NCBI GenBank assembly: GCA_964649675.1
Contig: CAZYPX010000001.1
Coordinates: 10,470 to 74,469, forward strand
DNA length: 64,000 nt
Origin: an uncultured Rhodospirillaceae bacterium
GTDB taxonomy: Bacteria > Pseudomonadota > Alphaproteobacteria > UBA9219
Direction: 5' to 3'
In this document: piece after piece, positions 51,166 through 61,965 of the stretch
How the letters are laid out: each line of letters opens with the position of its first letter
How positions within the stretch are numbered: position 1 is the stretch's first letter
The notes under the pieces: generated by a model
What the model saw: the letters and a program-made list of their open reading frames with translations, nothing else
The model's database searches: none
Told to the model about the DNA's origin: nothing
Made by a program: the position numbers and the translations under genes

Positions 51166-51245
51166 TCTAGAATATATTCTATCATAGTTTTACTAAGGCC
51201 TTGAAGGGCAAGACAAGGATAAAGCCGTGTTGGCTTCGGTTCTTT

Positions 51246-52529
51246 TCAAGGAGTTTTGTCATCGAACTCCTTCATCTTCGGCACGCGGGAAAAGGCGATT
51301 TTGCTGGTCATGGAAGGCAAATACGCGCCGAAAGCCAGCGTGCCTTTGCCATAGCGCGCGTTGATCTTGTCGACGGCGAGCGAAAGTGCTTCCGGCGCGC
51401 GGCTGTCGAACAGGTCGGGCTGGTGGGCTTCGCGCGGCCTCAAGTCAGCAAGCGTGATGCCGACGCGCAAGGGCTTCAGCGACGGAGCGGCGTGCCACAG
51501 CGGCAGCATGACTTTCAGCAAAAACGCCGTATCCTGTGTTTCCTGAAAACGGCTCTCCTGCACGTAATAGCCGAGATCCTGCACCCATTTCACCTCGAGG
51601 ATCAGGCGACGGCAGTAAAAGCCTTCGTCGCGCAAACGTTGCGCCGCGCGCACGAGCAATTGCCGGATCACGGGAGCGGCAAGATCGAGCCGCCGTTCAT
51701 CGGGCGGCAAAACATGCTGATGCCCGAGGCTGCGTCGCGGGTGGCTGGGGCTCGGCAAATCCTCGCCGTGCAAAAGCGCATGAAAACGCGCGCCCGTCAC
51801 GCCGCGCCAGATAGAGCGCAAACGTCCGGCATCCGCTGTCCATAGCGTCGCGATGTCGGGAATGCCCGCCGCGCGCAGGCGCGCAGCCATGTTCGCGCCA
51901 ATGCCGGGAACGTCTTCGAGGCTGAGACGTAAAATGGCTTGTGGCAGGATTTTGAGCGGCAAGAGCGTAAGGCCGTCGGGCTTGTGCATGTTCGAAGCCA
52001 GCTTGGCGAGCAGCTTGTTCGGCGCGATGCCGATGGAGCTTGTCAAACAGGCTCCCACGCGCTGGCGGATAGCGACCTTCAGCGCGAACGCCAATTTACG
52101 CGCTTCATCGGGTTCACGCTGTACGCGGTCGAGACGGCACGCGACTTCGTCGATGGATAAAACATCGTCGATAGGGATGAGCGTTTCGATCGCTTCAAGA
52201 AACCTGTGGTGATATTCGACGTAAAGCTTGGGCCGCGCCTGAACGAGCTTGAGGTGTGGGCACATCAATCTGGCTTCGCGCACCATCGTGCCGGTTTTGA
52301 CGCCGAAAGCCTTGGCTTCGTAACTGGCCGCGATGGCGCAGGTGGTGTCCGCCATCATCGGCACGACCGCAACGGGTTGACCACGCAAGGCAGGGACAGC
52401 CTGCTGCTCGCACGAAGCGAAAAAACTGTTCATGTCAAGAAAAAGCCAACGCAAACAAAAGGATAAGCTGGATTCGCCTTGGCCCAAGCCGTCTAAAATG
52501 TTCATGTTTCGTTCTATAACCCAAAACAT
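51246..52529 (-). CDS. dinB: Y-family DNA polymerase IV (DinB-like)
   Basis: Catalytic N-terminus LDMNSFFASCEQ and Y-family palm/fingers blocks. The true start is probably an internal Met (52505 or 52433). Confidence 0.7.
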   Translation of the reverse strand: MFWVIERNMNILDGLGQGESSLSFCLRWLFLDMNSFFASCEQQAVPALRGQPVAVVPMMADTTCAIAASYEAKAFGVKTGTMVREARLMCPHLKLVQARPKLYVEYHHRFLEAIETLIPIDDVLSIDEVACRLDRVQREPDEARKLAFALKVAIRQRVGACLTSSIGIAPNKLLAKLASNMHKPDGLTLLPLKILPQAILRLSLEDVPGIGANMAARLRAAGIPDIATLWTADAGRLRSIWRGVTGARFHALLHGEDLPSPSHPRRSLGHQHVLPPDERRLDLAAPVIRQLLVRAAQRLRDEGFYCRRLILEVKWVQDLGYYVQESRFQETQDTAFLLKVMLPLWHAAPSLKPLRVGITLADLRPREAHQPDLFDSRAPEALSLAVDKINARYGKGTLAFGAYLPSMTSKIAFSRVPKMKEFDDKTP

Positions 52530-52644
52530 GCCCTGTATGCAATTACGTTATGAAAGGAAGTTTTTTGCTGATAATTAAGGAGGAAAGGATGAGTTGAGGA
52601 AAGACACCAGCTACCATGAGAAAACAACTGGATAGGAGCGGTCC

Positions 52645-53109
52645 TTGGAGATAAGACAGCTAAGCCATCAGGATTTGCCACCTCTTCTGGAACTTTACAA
52701 ACACCTGAATAAAACCGATGCTCCCTTGCCGCCTATGGAGCAAGTTGAAGGGGTTTGGAGTTGCATCATCTCCAGCGATATATGTTCATGTTTTGGCGGA
52801 TTCGTAAACGACGTGTTGGTTTGCTGTTGCATTCTTTCCATTATCCCAAACCTTTCGCGCGGATGTCGGCCTTATGGTGTTATGGAGAACATCGTGACGC
52901 ACACAAACCACAGAAAACGAGGCTTTGGCGGCGGTCTCTTGAAATATGTGTTGGCGTATGCGTGGTCGAAAAATTGTTATAAAGTGATGCTGTCAACGGG
53001 CCGTAAAGACGAAGAAATCGAGCGCTTTTATGTCTCTGTCGGTTTTGATCCCAAGGCAAAAAGGGCGTTTGTCGCCACCCCCCCTGTTGTTGAACACGAC
53101 AATGCATAG
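52645..53109 (+). CDS. GNAT-family acetyltransferase
   Basis: 154-aa ORF with an HRKRGFGGGLLKYVL acetyl-CoA-binding motif. Confidence 0.55.
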   Translation: MEIRQLSHQDLPPLLELYKHLNKTDAPLPPMEQVEGVWSCIISSDICSCFGGFVNDVLVCCCILSIIPNLSRGCRPYGVMENIVTHTNHRKRGFGGGLLKYVLAYAWSKNCYKVMLSTGRKDEEIERFYVSVGFDPKAKRAFVATPPVVEHDNA

Positions 53110-53446
53110 CCCGTCCTTCAGAAAAGTAACAGACAGAGATTCGCCTTTCCTGATCGCCCTCAGGGAGTTCACGATGCGTGAACATGTTGAGCGTTCAGCT
53201 TACATCATGCGTTATGCGTTGCTTATAACGGAAAACACCTTACATGACCGCGCAAGGCCAGAACAGTCCTTTGCACGCACAGTGCCCTGATATTCCCGCT
53301 TTGTTCTGCGCAAAACCAGAGAAAAGGTTTCCAGCCTTTCACGAGAAAGATGTTGGCCTTTTCAAAAGCTCAGGTCCTTCCGCCCAAAGCGTTTTTAGTG
53401 GCCAGCTTTGGCGCAATTATGTAGAAGACATCCCGCTTACCGTTAA

Positions 53447-54619
53447 ATGCAATGGATGATTCCATTTTTCATGTCTACGCCCCAGAAACCCGAACGCATC
53501 GTTTCCCTTGATTTCTGGCGTGGCGCTTTTCTGCTCATGATCTATGTCAACCATGTGCCCAACAATTTTTTAGCGTCGGTTACTTTGCGAAACTGGGGCT
53601 TTGCGGACTCAGCCGAGCCTTTCGTTTTCATCTCCGGTTTCAGCGCTATGCTGGCTCTAGGCCGTTATTTCGAGACAGGGGGGATAGGCATCGGTCTTTT
53701 GCGGGTTTTAAAGCGCATATGGCAGCTGTTTTGCGCTCATGTGCTTCTTGTCTTTGCTCTTTCGGCCATTATTGCTTTCGCGGGCGAGTTTACGGATAGC
53801 AAATCGATCATGGAACAACTCAACTTCTCACCGTTTTTTGTCGAAACGGACATAGCCATCAAAAAACTCCTTAAACTCGGATATATGCCAAATTTGACGG
53901 ATATCTTGCCGCTTTATATCGTTCTGGTCTTCCTGTTTCCCATAGCGTGGGCGTTGACAAAAACATCTTCTCTTCTTGCCCTTCTGGCATCCCTATCACT
54001 GTGGCTTTTTGTCACGCTGACAAACCACAGTTTATCGAATTATCCGGAAGGTGCGGTCTGGTTTTTCAACCCTCTGGCCTGGCAAGTTTTGTTTGTCGCC
54101 GGCATGGTGACGTATAAGGAGCGCGCCCGTCTTCCGCGAGTGCTTCAATCAAACAGCCTGCTCTGGCTGTCCCTCATCATCGTATTCGCTAGTATGGTCG
54201 CTGTGGCCCCATGGACGCATATTCCTTCCTTGAGGGAATACAGGCTTGTGCCCACCGCGTTTCTTTCCATCGATAACAAAACCAACTTGTCATGGGTGCG
54301 TATCGTTCATTTTATGGCTCTGGCTTTCCTCGCCGCGCGTCTGGTTCCAGCCAGCGCGAGCCTTTGGAAGAACAGAATCGTTAAGGCGGTTTCTCTTTGC
54401 GGGCAGCATTCTCTGACGATTTATTGCGCAGGCTCGGCCCTGTCCCTGGCCGCGCACATCATTTTGCACATAGGTGGCCTCGGGCCGGTTGTCGCCATGT
54501 GGCCTGTGGCGGCTGGCGTAGTCCTTCTTGTTTTTTTGGCCATGGCCTTACAGACGGCCAAAGTCTTGCTTATGCACAACGGAGCTCGCAGCAAAATCGC
54601 AAGCACTGCGGCACTCTAG
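53447..54619 (+). CDS. opgC: OpgC-like membrane acyltransferase (acyltransferase_3 family)
   Basis: Ten or more TM segments and an N-terminal FWRGAFLLMIYVNH motif typical of OpgC/acyltransferase 3. Confidence 0.55.
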   Translation: MQWMIPFFMSTPQKPERIVSLDFWRGAFLLMIYVNHVPNNFLASVTLRNWGFADSAEPFVFISGFSAMLALGRYFETGGIGIGLLRVLKRIWQLFCAHVLLVFALSAIIAFAGEFTDSKSIMEQLNFSPFFVETDIAIKKLLKLGYMPNLTDILPLYIVLVFLFPIAWALTKTSSLLALLASLSLWLFVTLTNHSLSNYPEGAVWFFNPLAWQVLFVAGMVTYKERARLPRVLQSNSLLWLSLIIVFASMVAVAPWTHIPSLREYRLVPTAFLSIDNKTNLSWVRIVHFMALAFLAARLVPASASLWKNRIVKAVSLCGQHSLTIYCAGSALSLAAHIILHIGGLGPVVAMWPVAAGVVLLVFLAMALQTAKVLLMHNGARSKIASTAAL

Positions 54620-54647
54620 GCGCCCGCGCAAGGGGACTTTCCTAAGT

Positions 54648-56396
54648 CTAGATATGCACAAACGACCCAATATGAACTTGCGCAAGAGCCCCGCCATTGC
54701 TCGCGCCAGACAAGCCGGATCCCAGCATGCCTTGCGTTTTGCCTTCGGGCGCTTCGGCCCCCCTCAGGTCAAGCCAGGGCCGCTCCAGTGAAGGGCGTCC
54801 AAAATAATAGCCTTGCATCATGTCGACTTTTTCCTCACGCAGCCATTGCGCTACGTCTTCGGTTTCCACACCTTCGGCGACCGTTTTCAGCCCAAGGCCC
54901 CGCGCAATCTGGATCAACATACGGACAAGATGCTGTTGTTCGTTATTGCCGATCAGATTCAAAAGAAGCTCACGGTCAATTTTCATGATGGACAAAGAAA
55001 GCGTACGAAGGTGGCGAATCGAGGTCGACCCTGCCCCGAAGTCGTCAAGCGCGACTTGACTGCCTAACCTGTTAAGGGATTCCACAAGTCGCTTTGTTTC
55101 GGCGACATCCATGATGGCAGCCGTTTCCGTAATCTCGATAATAAGCCGTTTTGCCACTTCAGGTTTTGAAGACAAAAGCTTGTTCATGTAATTTGGCCAT
55201 TCGGCCTGCGCCGCCGTCAATCCGGAAACGTTTACGGCCAGCTGCAGCCTATCGTAGGCTTCCAGCTCGCGAATGGCGAGCTTTAGGACGTGGCGATCGA
55301 GCTCCGATGCCAGACCTTGTTGCTCAACAATCGGGATAAATTCTGCGGCGGGCATAATACGGCCGTCGTCGCGGTATAGGCGCGCCAAGGCTTCGTAAAA
55401 CAAAACCTGTCCCGTTTCGGTTTCAATGATCGGTTGAAAAGCCAGCTTTAAGCGATCGTTTTTCAGCGCATGTTTAACGCGTTCAGCTATTTCGAGAACA
55501 TTGCGGTTTTCTTGAGATCTTCCGGGCGACACCTGATATTCGACAAATTGGTTGCGGCCCTTTTGCCGAGCTTCACGCAACGCCTGTTCCGCGCGGATCA
55601 TAACCTCGCGCGCATCGAGTTTCGAGCCGTTTATATGCATGAAACCGATGGAAACCGTGATGTGGATGGACGATACCGCCGTTATGACGGGGCGATCGCG
55701 AAAGCTTTGGAGAACACGATCGGTAAAATCGAGGGTTCCGCTAGCAAGTCCCGGCAAAATGATGCCGAAGGTATCACCGCCGCAACGCCCTACAATGGCT
55801 TTGAAAGGACTCAGGTTGCTAAGACGGTCAGCGACGGCGCATAAAATAGTGTCTGCGGGCTTGGTGCCTACGGCTTCGTTTACAAAGGCCATATCGTCGA
55901 TGCCGATAACAAGGTATGCGGTGGATTGCCTGCTTTCTTGAGGCCCCTCAAGAATGCGTTTAAGCTGCGTTAGAAGTCCGTTCCGGTTTAATCGTCCGGT
56001 AAGGTGGTCTCTCTCATTGGGCGCTGCCGCCAAAGGCAAAAGACGCTGATGGGGGCCGTCAATAATGCGTATCAGACCATTCTGGCGAACGGAGCGGCCA
56101 TTGTCGTGGTCTGTCGAACCATGTTCGCAAACCCACACAACACGTCCATCAGCCAAGAGGACGCGATATTCGCGATCAAACTCCGGGGAGCTGTCGTTAA
56201 AGACAAGATAGTGGTCGTCAGGCAAAACATGCCGTGCCAATGTTTCCGCGTTATGCGGCGGTGCGTCGATATCTCCGAAAAGTTTTTGCCACGGCCCCAT
56301 CCAGACAAGCGAGTCGTTGACGAGATCCCAGCTATAGGCGATATGGCCTGAAGCGGCCAAGATATCGGCTAGAGAGGTTGGGGTGTGGTCTGTCAT
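54648..56396 (-). CDS. PAS-GGDEF-EAL signalling protein (c-di-GMP turnover)
   Basis: Degenerate GGDTF in the GGDEF domain; EAL-domain blocks (QPIIETETG, ETA…KID) follow. Confidence 0.75.
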   Translation of the reverse strand: MTDHTPTSLADILAASGHIAYSWDLVNDSLVWMGPWQKLFGDIDAPPHNAETLARHVLPDDHYLVFNDSSPEFDREYRVLLADGRVVWVCEHGSTDHDNGRSVRQNGLIRIIDGPHQRLLPLAAAPNERDHLTGRLNRNGLLTQLKRILEGPQESRQSTAYLVIGIDDMAFVNEAVGTKPADTILCAVADRLSNLSPFKAIVGRCGGDTFGIILPGLASGTLDFTDRVLQSFRDRPVITAVSSIHITVSIGFMHINGSKLDAREVMIRAEQALREARQKGRNQFVEYQVSPGRSQENRNVLEIAERVKHALKNDRLKLAFQPIIETETGQVLFYEALARLYRDDGRIMPAAEFIPIVEQQGLASELDRHVLKLAIRELEAYDRLQLAVNVSGLTAAQAEWPNYMNKLLSSKPEVAKRLIIEITETAAIMDVAETKRLVESLNRLGSQVALDDFGAGSTSIRHLRTLSLSIMKIDRELLLNLIGNNEQQHLVRMLIQIARGLGLKTVAEGVETEDVAQWLREEKVDMMQGYYFGRPSLERPWLDLRGAEAPEGKTQGMLGSGLSGASNGGALAQVHIGSFVHI

Positions 56397-56673
56397 TTTT
56401 GTGCTTACAGCTCTTATGGTAAAATGCGCAATTTTTTTTCTGTATTACCGTTGAGCCCTCAAGGGTTAGCTTTTCGAATTCATTAATTATCATAGGCCTA
56501 GCTCTCTTAATTTTTCCTAAAATCGCGCAAAACCTTTTGCTTTTGCTGCGCCTCGCGGCAAGGCGCTGAAATATCAGGAAAAATGTCCTTACGCGCTTTG
56601 GGAGCACGCTGCGAACACGCCTTTTTGTCTTAATGTGCAGTTAGGCGTTTTATGTAAAAAAACGTTGCTGCTT

Positions 56674-57723
56674 TTATTGGGATTGTTTGTTCTCGATACG
56701 GCTTTCCTGAAAAACCGTTTCAGCCAGTCTCTTGATCGTTTTTTTGAGAGAATCGCGGACGTCAATCGCCGCTTGCATGTCGGCAACCTTGCCCTCATGG
56801 GTAAAGACCGTAAAGCGGTGTGAGGGGGTTATATAGAATAAAAGGGCTCCAGAAATGCCGTTTTCGCCCGCGCTTTTTTTGTTTGAATTCGCCACGCATT
56901 GCACATCAACAACACGCATAACAAGGTCGCCTGCTTGCTCTTCTTGGCCAATCTCGACGTCAAAAGAACCTGCACACTTTTTTTTCAGGCCATTCACATA
57001 AAGGCCGATCAGATCGCTCAGACTTTTGCCTTTTACGACAAGGCGTTCGCGCACGCCACCCTTAAGCGCCCCCGTTTGCCACATGTAATCGGCGGGCCTT
57101 CGGTCGACAGGCAAACCTTCGAGGCTAAGGGGCACGACATTTTTAAGGCCGGATTCGAATAAAAGAGCCTTAAGCGCATCCGGCAAGTCTTCAGAAGCTA
57201 CGGCTTTTTTCGTCTTTTTTTTGTTGTCGCGGGTGCATTTTTGTAAATCATTTATTGTCCCGCGCATATTGTTCAAGGAATAATCCAGTCTTTTGCCGGC
57301 CGCCTCGACGCTGAGCCGGTTGGCCTTGATCAAAGATTCCGTGAAAGCCGGATTATTTCCCATCTGTAAAATGAGGGAGTCGGCATCGATGGCTATGGAA
57401 CGAATGGCCCGTTCGTATTTTCCGCTCTGTTCTTTCTGTGAAGTCTCCAGAGAGAGCGTCAGATCGTACTGGGCGTTCGCCACGAAGCCTGCGTCAGGAA
57501 TCACAAGCCCAATGTTGAGCTTGTTTGACGGCGCAAAGGCAAAAGCAAGCTTGCGCCCATCGGCATAACTCTTTTCGACAAGGCAAAAACCGAAGGTTCC
57601 ATCTTGCTCGAAGATGGGCCACGCCCTCAGATCTTCGCTCTTTTGCTGGCCTAAAACGGGCGCGACCGAGGCAATCAGAACCCCTAGACCGAAAAAAACT
57701 GCTCTTGCTATGATCCGCGCCAT
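56674..57723 (-). CDS. secreted protein of unknown function
   Basis: The likely start is MARIIARAVFFGLGVLIASVAPVLG (signal peptide) at 57723. The longer listed ORF overlaps lpxD on the opposite strand. Confidence 0.4.
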   Translation of the reverse strand: MARIIARAVFFGLGVLIASVAPVLGQQKSEDLRAWPIFEQDGTFGFCLVEKSYADGRKLAFAFAPSNKLNIGLVIPDAGFVANAQYDLTLSLETSQKEQSGKYERAIRSIAIDADSLILQMGNNPAFTESLIKANRLSVEAAGKRLDYSLNNMRGTINDLQKCTRDNKKKTKKAVASEDLPDALKALLFESGLKNVVPLSLEGLPVDRRPADYMWQTGALKGGVRERLVVKGKSLSDLIGLYVNGLKKKCAGSFDVEIGQEEQAGDLVMRVVDVQCVANSNKKSAGENGISGALLFYITPSHRFTVFTHEGKVADMQAAIDVRDSLKKTIKRLAETVFQESRIENKQSQ

Positions 57724-57864
57724 GAACGATCCATAAAAACGGCCTTTTTTTAAAAGACGCCTTGTTTTCAACATTATGAGGGGTAAAGTACGCTTGCGGA
57801 CCTTGTAAGGCAAGCCGTATGCAACCTCCTGTTTTTCACCTTGTAAACGGGCTAAACCAAAAAC

Positions 57865-58968
57865 ATGAAAAAAAGCTATTCCATGCAAGTTGTGGCCGAG
57901 GCTCTCGGCGGACATCTCATAGGCGACGGTACTCATCAAGTCGAACGCCTTGTTCACCCTGCTGAGGTTAGGGGGGCTCAAGACCTCGTTCTCGCCACCG
58001 ACAAAGCGCTCTTGCCTCTTTTGGCCGGATCCCTCGCGAAGGCCGCTGTCATTGCCGATATGGATGCCGTGAACCAGAAAGCCTTCGCGGCACTTATCGT
58101 CGTGGAGCGGCCTCGCTTCGCGATGGCAGCGTTGACCCGCGTGTTCGAGCAAAGGCCACAAGTGGCTGTTGGCGTTCACCCGACAGCGATTGTCGAGAAA
58201 GGCGCCAAGCTTGCTGATAACGTGTCCATCGGACCCATGGTTTACATCGGGGCCGACGCAATCATCGGCGCGAACAGCATCGTGCATCCACATGTTTATA
58301 TAGGCCCAGAAGCCCAAATCGGGGACGGATGCCTGATTCATGCGGGCGTAAAGATCGGTGCGCGCGTCAAAATCGGGAAACGAAACATCCTTCACTTTAA
58401 CGCGTCGGTCGGCGCGGACGGCTTTAGTTTTGTAACGCCCCAAATAGGCAGCGTCGAGGCCGCCAAAGCCACAGGCGAGGTTGTGGCGACGAACGATCAA
58501 CTTGTCCGCATTGCCTCGCTTGGCACAGTCATTCTGGGCGATGACGTCGAAGTCGGGGCCAACACCTCAATTGACCGTGGCACGATTACGGCTACCCGTA
58601 TCGGCAACGGCTCAAAAATCGACAATCAGGTTCAGATAGGACACAACGTTACGGTTGGCGAAAACTGTATGCTGTGCGGACGCGTAGGTATCGCGGGAAG
58701 CGCCGTGATCGGCGACAGAGTCGTGCTCGGCGGCGCCGTGGGCGTTGCGGATCACGTGAAGATAGGAGATGACGCTATCGCCATGGGCATGAGCGGCATA
58801 GCCTCCAATGTTCCGCCCAAAACCATCGTAGGCGGGATGCCGGCCAAGCCGCGCGAAAGGGCCTTGCAGGAGCAATTGTTCCTTGGGCGCTCCAAGTCTT
58901 TGGTTAAAAAGATCGAATTATTGGCTGAGCGTCTCGAGAAGCTTGAGCGGCAGGCCAATAACGACTAG
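57865..58968 (+). CDS. lpxD: UDP-3-O-acylglucosamine N-acyltransferase-like (LpxD family, hexapeptide repeats)
   Basis: 367 aa with LbH hexapeptide repeats and an LpxD-like N-terminus. Confidence 0.7.
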   Translation: MKKSYSMQVVAEALGGHLIGDGTHQVERLVHPAEVRGAQDLVLATDKALLPLLAGSLAKAAVIADMDAVNQKAFAALIVVERPRFAMAALTRVFEQRPQVAVGVHPTAIVEKGAKLADNVSIGPMVYIGADAIIGANSIVHPHVYIGPEAQIGDGCLIHAGVKIGARVKIGKRNILHFNASVGADGFSFVTPQIGSVEAAKATGEVVATNDQLVRIASLGTVILGDDVEVGANTSIDRGTITATRIGNGSKIDNQVQIGHNVTVGENCMLCGRVGIAGSAVIGDRVVLGGAVGVADHVKIGDDAIAMGMSGIASNVPPKTIVGGMPAKPRERALQEQLFLGRSKSLVKKIELLAERLEKLERQANND

Positions 58969-59000
58969 TTTGCCTTTAGGAAGCATCAAGGGGAAACGCG

Positions 59001-59255
59001 ATGTCCCAAATTGACGAAATTCTGGATGTAGTTGCCGAAAAGGCCATGGTGGACCGGAGTAAGCTTGTGCCCGAAGCCAAGCTGAGCGACTTGGAAATCA
59101 GCTCGCTTGACATGGTCGAAGTGATTTTTGCTCTTGAAGACAAGCTTGGAATTGAGATGCCGTTCAACGCCAACGTCAACGCGCAGGAATTCCAAACGCT
59201 CGGCGATGTCATTACGGCTGTTGAAAAACAGCTTGCGAACAAGAAAAGCGCATAA
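59001..59255 (+). CDS. acyl carrier protein (specialised ACP)
   Basis: 84 aa with a DLEISSLDMVE phosphopantetheine-attachment Ser motif. Confidence 0.75.
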   Translation: MSQIDEILDVVAEKAMVDRSKLVPEAKLSDLEISSLDMVEVIFALEDKLGIEMPFNANVNAQEFQTLGDVITAVEKQLANKKSA

Positions 59256-59278
59256 CAAGCTTAAGAGAAACGGTTTCG

Positions 59279-60499
59279 ATGAATCACTCCCGCCGCATCG
59301 TTATCACGGGCTTAGGCGTTGTCAGCCCCATTGGCCTTGATGTTCTTACGTTCAAGAATAATTTATTCAACGGCGTTTGCGGCATCGAAAGCGCCGTATT
59401 TTCTTATCGCGGAGACGACGTGCGCTTTCCGGCCGCGCCCGTTAAAAATTTTGACGTCACGCGTTATATGGACACGAAGAAAGCATCGTTGCTTGATCGC
59501 TTCTCACAGCTTTCCGTGGCCGCCGCCATGCAAGCGATGGAAGATTCCGGCCTGAAGCTTACGCCCGAAAAGGCAGAGCGCATGGCCGTAATAACGGGCA
59601 CCGGCGTAGGCGGCCAGAACACGCTGGAAGATTCCTATATGAAGCTTCTGGGCAACGGGCCTCCGCGCGTGCACCCCTTTACGATTCCGCGCCTTATGGC
59701 GAACGCCGGTTCAAGCCAAATCAGCATGGCGCTTGGCATACAAGGTCCTGGCTTTACGGTTGCAAGCGCATGCGCTTCGGCCATTCATGCTATGGGCGTG
59801 ACCCTGCACATGATGCGCTCGGGCCTTTTCGATATGGCCATCACCGGGGGCGCTGAATCGTGTCTTACGTTCGGTACCCTGAAAGGATGGGAAGCTCTGC
59901 GGGTTATGGCTCCGGACATTTGCCGCCCGTTTTCGATCAATCGTGCCGGAATGGTCATCGGCGAAGGCGCGGCGATGTTTGTTCTGGAGACCTTGGAGTC
60001 CGCCAAAGCGCGCGACGCAAAGATCTATGCCGAATTTCTTGGTTTTGGGATGAGTTCGGATGCTAAAGACCTCACAACGCCCGATGTGAACGGCGCTGCT
60101 CGCGCGGTCATAAACGCGCTTAAAGATTCCGGAATCAAACCCGATGACGTCGATTATATCAACGCGCACGGCACAGGCACGCGCATCAACGACCTCACCG
60201 AAACGGCGGTGATAAAACAGGTGTTCGGCGACAAAGCAAAAAAGCTCGCCGTTTCTTCAAGCAAGTCCTTGTTCGGCCACGCCTTGGGGGCGGCAGGCGC
60301 GCTGGAAATGCTAGCCACGGTTATGGCGGTGACCGACGATAAAGCCCCGCCAACGGTCAACTACCTTGGTCTTGATCCCGAATGCGATCTTGATGTTGTG
60401 CCTAACCAAGCGCGCGCTATGCCAATCCATATTGCCCTTAATAACTCTTTCGCCTTTGGTGGCTTAAACGCGGTCGTCGCCATTAAAAAGGCCGTTTAA
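59279..60499 (+). CDS. fabF: beta-ketoacyl-ACP synthase II (FabF-like)
   Basis: 406 aa with the active-site Cys in ASACAS, His blocks (HGTGT, GHALGAAG) and C-terminal NSFAFGGLNA. Confidence 0.85.
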   Translation: MNHSRRIVITGLGVVSPIGLDVLTFKNNLFNGVCGIESAVFSYRGDDVRFPAAPVKNFDVTRYMDTKKASLLDRFSQLSVAAAMQAMEDSGLKLTPEKAERMAVITGTGVGGQNTLEDSYMKLLGNGPPRVHPFTIPRLMANAGSSQISMALGIQGPGFTVASACASAIHAMGVTLHMMRSGLFDMAITGGAESCLTFGTLKGWEALRVMAPDICRPFSINRAGMVIGEGAAMFVLETLESAKARDAKIYAEFLGFGMSSDAKDLTTPDVNGAARAVINALKDSGIKPDDVDYINAHGTGTRINDLTETAVIKQVFGDKAKKLAVSSSKSLFGHALGAAGALEMLATVMAVTDDKAPPTVNYLGLDPECDLDVVPNQARAMPIHIALNNSFAFGGLNAVVAIKKAV

Positions 60500-60634
60500 G
60501 CCGTATGTTTACACGCGGCGCAGGCTTTATATGCGTGAAGGCTTTTTTGTTTGCGGATAACACCCATTCCTTGCTTTTGTGCTATAATCGATCCAGTTTT
60601 CTTGGGCTTTCGCTCTGAAAAAAGGAGGATGACA

Positions 60635-61318
60635 ATGCGCACATGCCGAAAAATAGTCCTTTTCAGCCTGTTTTTGGCCATGACCGCAGCTTCTTTCGCC
60701 TCATATCCTCAAGCGGCTGAAACGGACGCTGCCAACCAGGCTCGATCCATCAGAAACGAGGAAGCCCTGAAAAGTCCGGCAGGTCGGTATATTCAGGACT
60801 TGGGCCATCGCGCCATCAAAATTTTAAGCGATCAACGCCTTACGCTCGAACAGCGTAAGATCGAATATCACACCATTTTGCGCGATTCGTTCGATGTTCC
60901 GACTATGGGAAAATTTGTGGCCGGTCGAGCCTGGAATTTGGCCGCGCCCGAAAAGCAGAAGGAGTATTTGCGCCTCTTTGAGGAACTTCTTGTCAAGATC
61001 TACGCTGAGCGTCTCGCCTCCTATAAAGGGGAGGATCTGATGGTGACAGGCGTTCGGCAAGAAAGCGAACGCGACTATGTTGTCTCCAGCGAAATACTCC
61101 ACCTTCGCACGGGGGCGCCGCCTACTGCCGTGGATTGGCGCGTGCGCAAAAACAATGACAAGCTGGCCATCGTCGATGTTGTGATCGAAGGCGTCAGCCA
61201 AAGCGTTTCCCAACGCGAGGAATACGCCTCGATCATCCATCGGGATGGAGGAAAGCTTGACGCCCTTTTGTCCCAGATGCGCGAGCAACTGCAAGCCCTT
61301 AATCATGCAAAAGGGTAG
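60635..61318 (+). CDS. mlaC: MlaC/Ttg2D-like periplasmic phospholipid-binding protein
   Basis: Signal peptide, then Tol-tolerance Ttg2D-type blocks (…FDVPTMGKFVAGRAW…). Confidence 0.5.
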   Translation: MRTCRKIVLFSLFLAMTAASFASYPQAAETDAANQARSIRNEEALKSPAGRYIQDLGHRAIKILSDQRLTLEQRKIEYHTILRDSFDVPTMGKFVAGRAWNLAAPEKQKEYLRLFEELLVKIYAERLASYKGEDLMVTGVRQESERDYVVSSEILHLRTGAPPTAVDWRVRKNNDKLAIVDVVIEGVSQSVSQREEYASIIHRDGGKLDALLSQMREQLQALNHAKG

Positions 61319-61350
61319 TCTTTGGCCGCTTGGGTTGATAAGGGCTTTCG

Positions 61351-61965
61351 ATGAATTCCAGCGTCTTTAATGCAGAAAAGGGTCGTAAACCTTTGGTGTT
61401 TCCGTCTGACGTACGACGGGTTTTGCTTCACTCCTGCTGTGCGCCTTGCTCCGGCGAAATTATCGACGCGATTCATGAAACGGGAACGGCTTTCACGGTA
61501 TATTACTACAATCCCAATATATATCCTCGCGATGAATACGAAAAACGCAAGGCCGAGAATAAGCGCTTTGCCGAAAAACTTGGCGTGCCCTTTGTTGACG
61601 TTGATTACGACAACGATTGCTGGTTGGCTCGCGTGAAGGGTTTGGAAAACGAACCCGAACGAGGAGCCCGATGCACGATATGCTTTTCTATGCGCCTAGA
61701 ACGCGCTGCGCTTTATGCGCACGAAAACGGTTTTGATACGCTGGCGACCAGCCTCGGCATTTCACGGTGGAAAAACCTGAATCAGGTGAACGCCTGCGGT
61801 CTCAAAGCGGCTGAGCCTTATGCAGGCTTGCGTTTTTGGGATTACAACTGGCGGCAAAACGGCGGCGCTGATCGTCGCTTCGTCATCGCAAGACGCGAAG
61901 GTTTTTACCAACAGGATTATTGCGGTTGTATGTATTCGCTTAAGGCCGCGCAGAAAAAAACATAA
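61351..61965 (+). CDS. queH: epoxyqueuosine reductase QueH (DUF208)
   Basis: [11 protein letters not shown]-terminal Cys cluster and C-terminal QDYCGCMYS; 204 aa. Confidence 0.75.
   Translation: MNSSVFNAEKGRKPLVFPSDVRRVLLHSCCAPCSGEIIDAIHETGTAFTVYYYNPNIYPRDEYEKRKAENKRFAEKLGVPFVDVDYDNDCWLARVKGLENEPERGARCTICFSMRLERAALYAHENGFDTLATSLGISRWKNLNQVNACGLKAAEPYAGLRFWDYNWRQNGGADRRFVIARREGFYQQDYCGCMYSLKAAQKKT

Noticed and set aside
56674-58500. 608-aa minus-strand ORF covering 56674-58500
   Set aside because: The N-terminal 260 codons lie antisense to the well-supported lpxD-like gene. A signal-peptide-bearing internal Met (57723) gives a sensible secreted protein of about 349 aa, so the upstream extension is treated as spurious.
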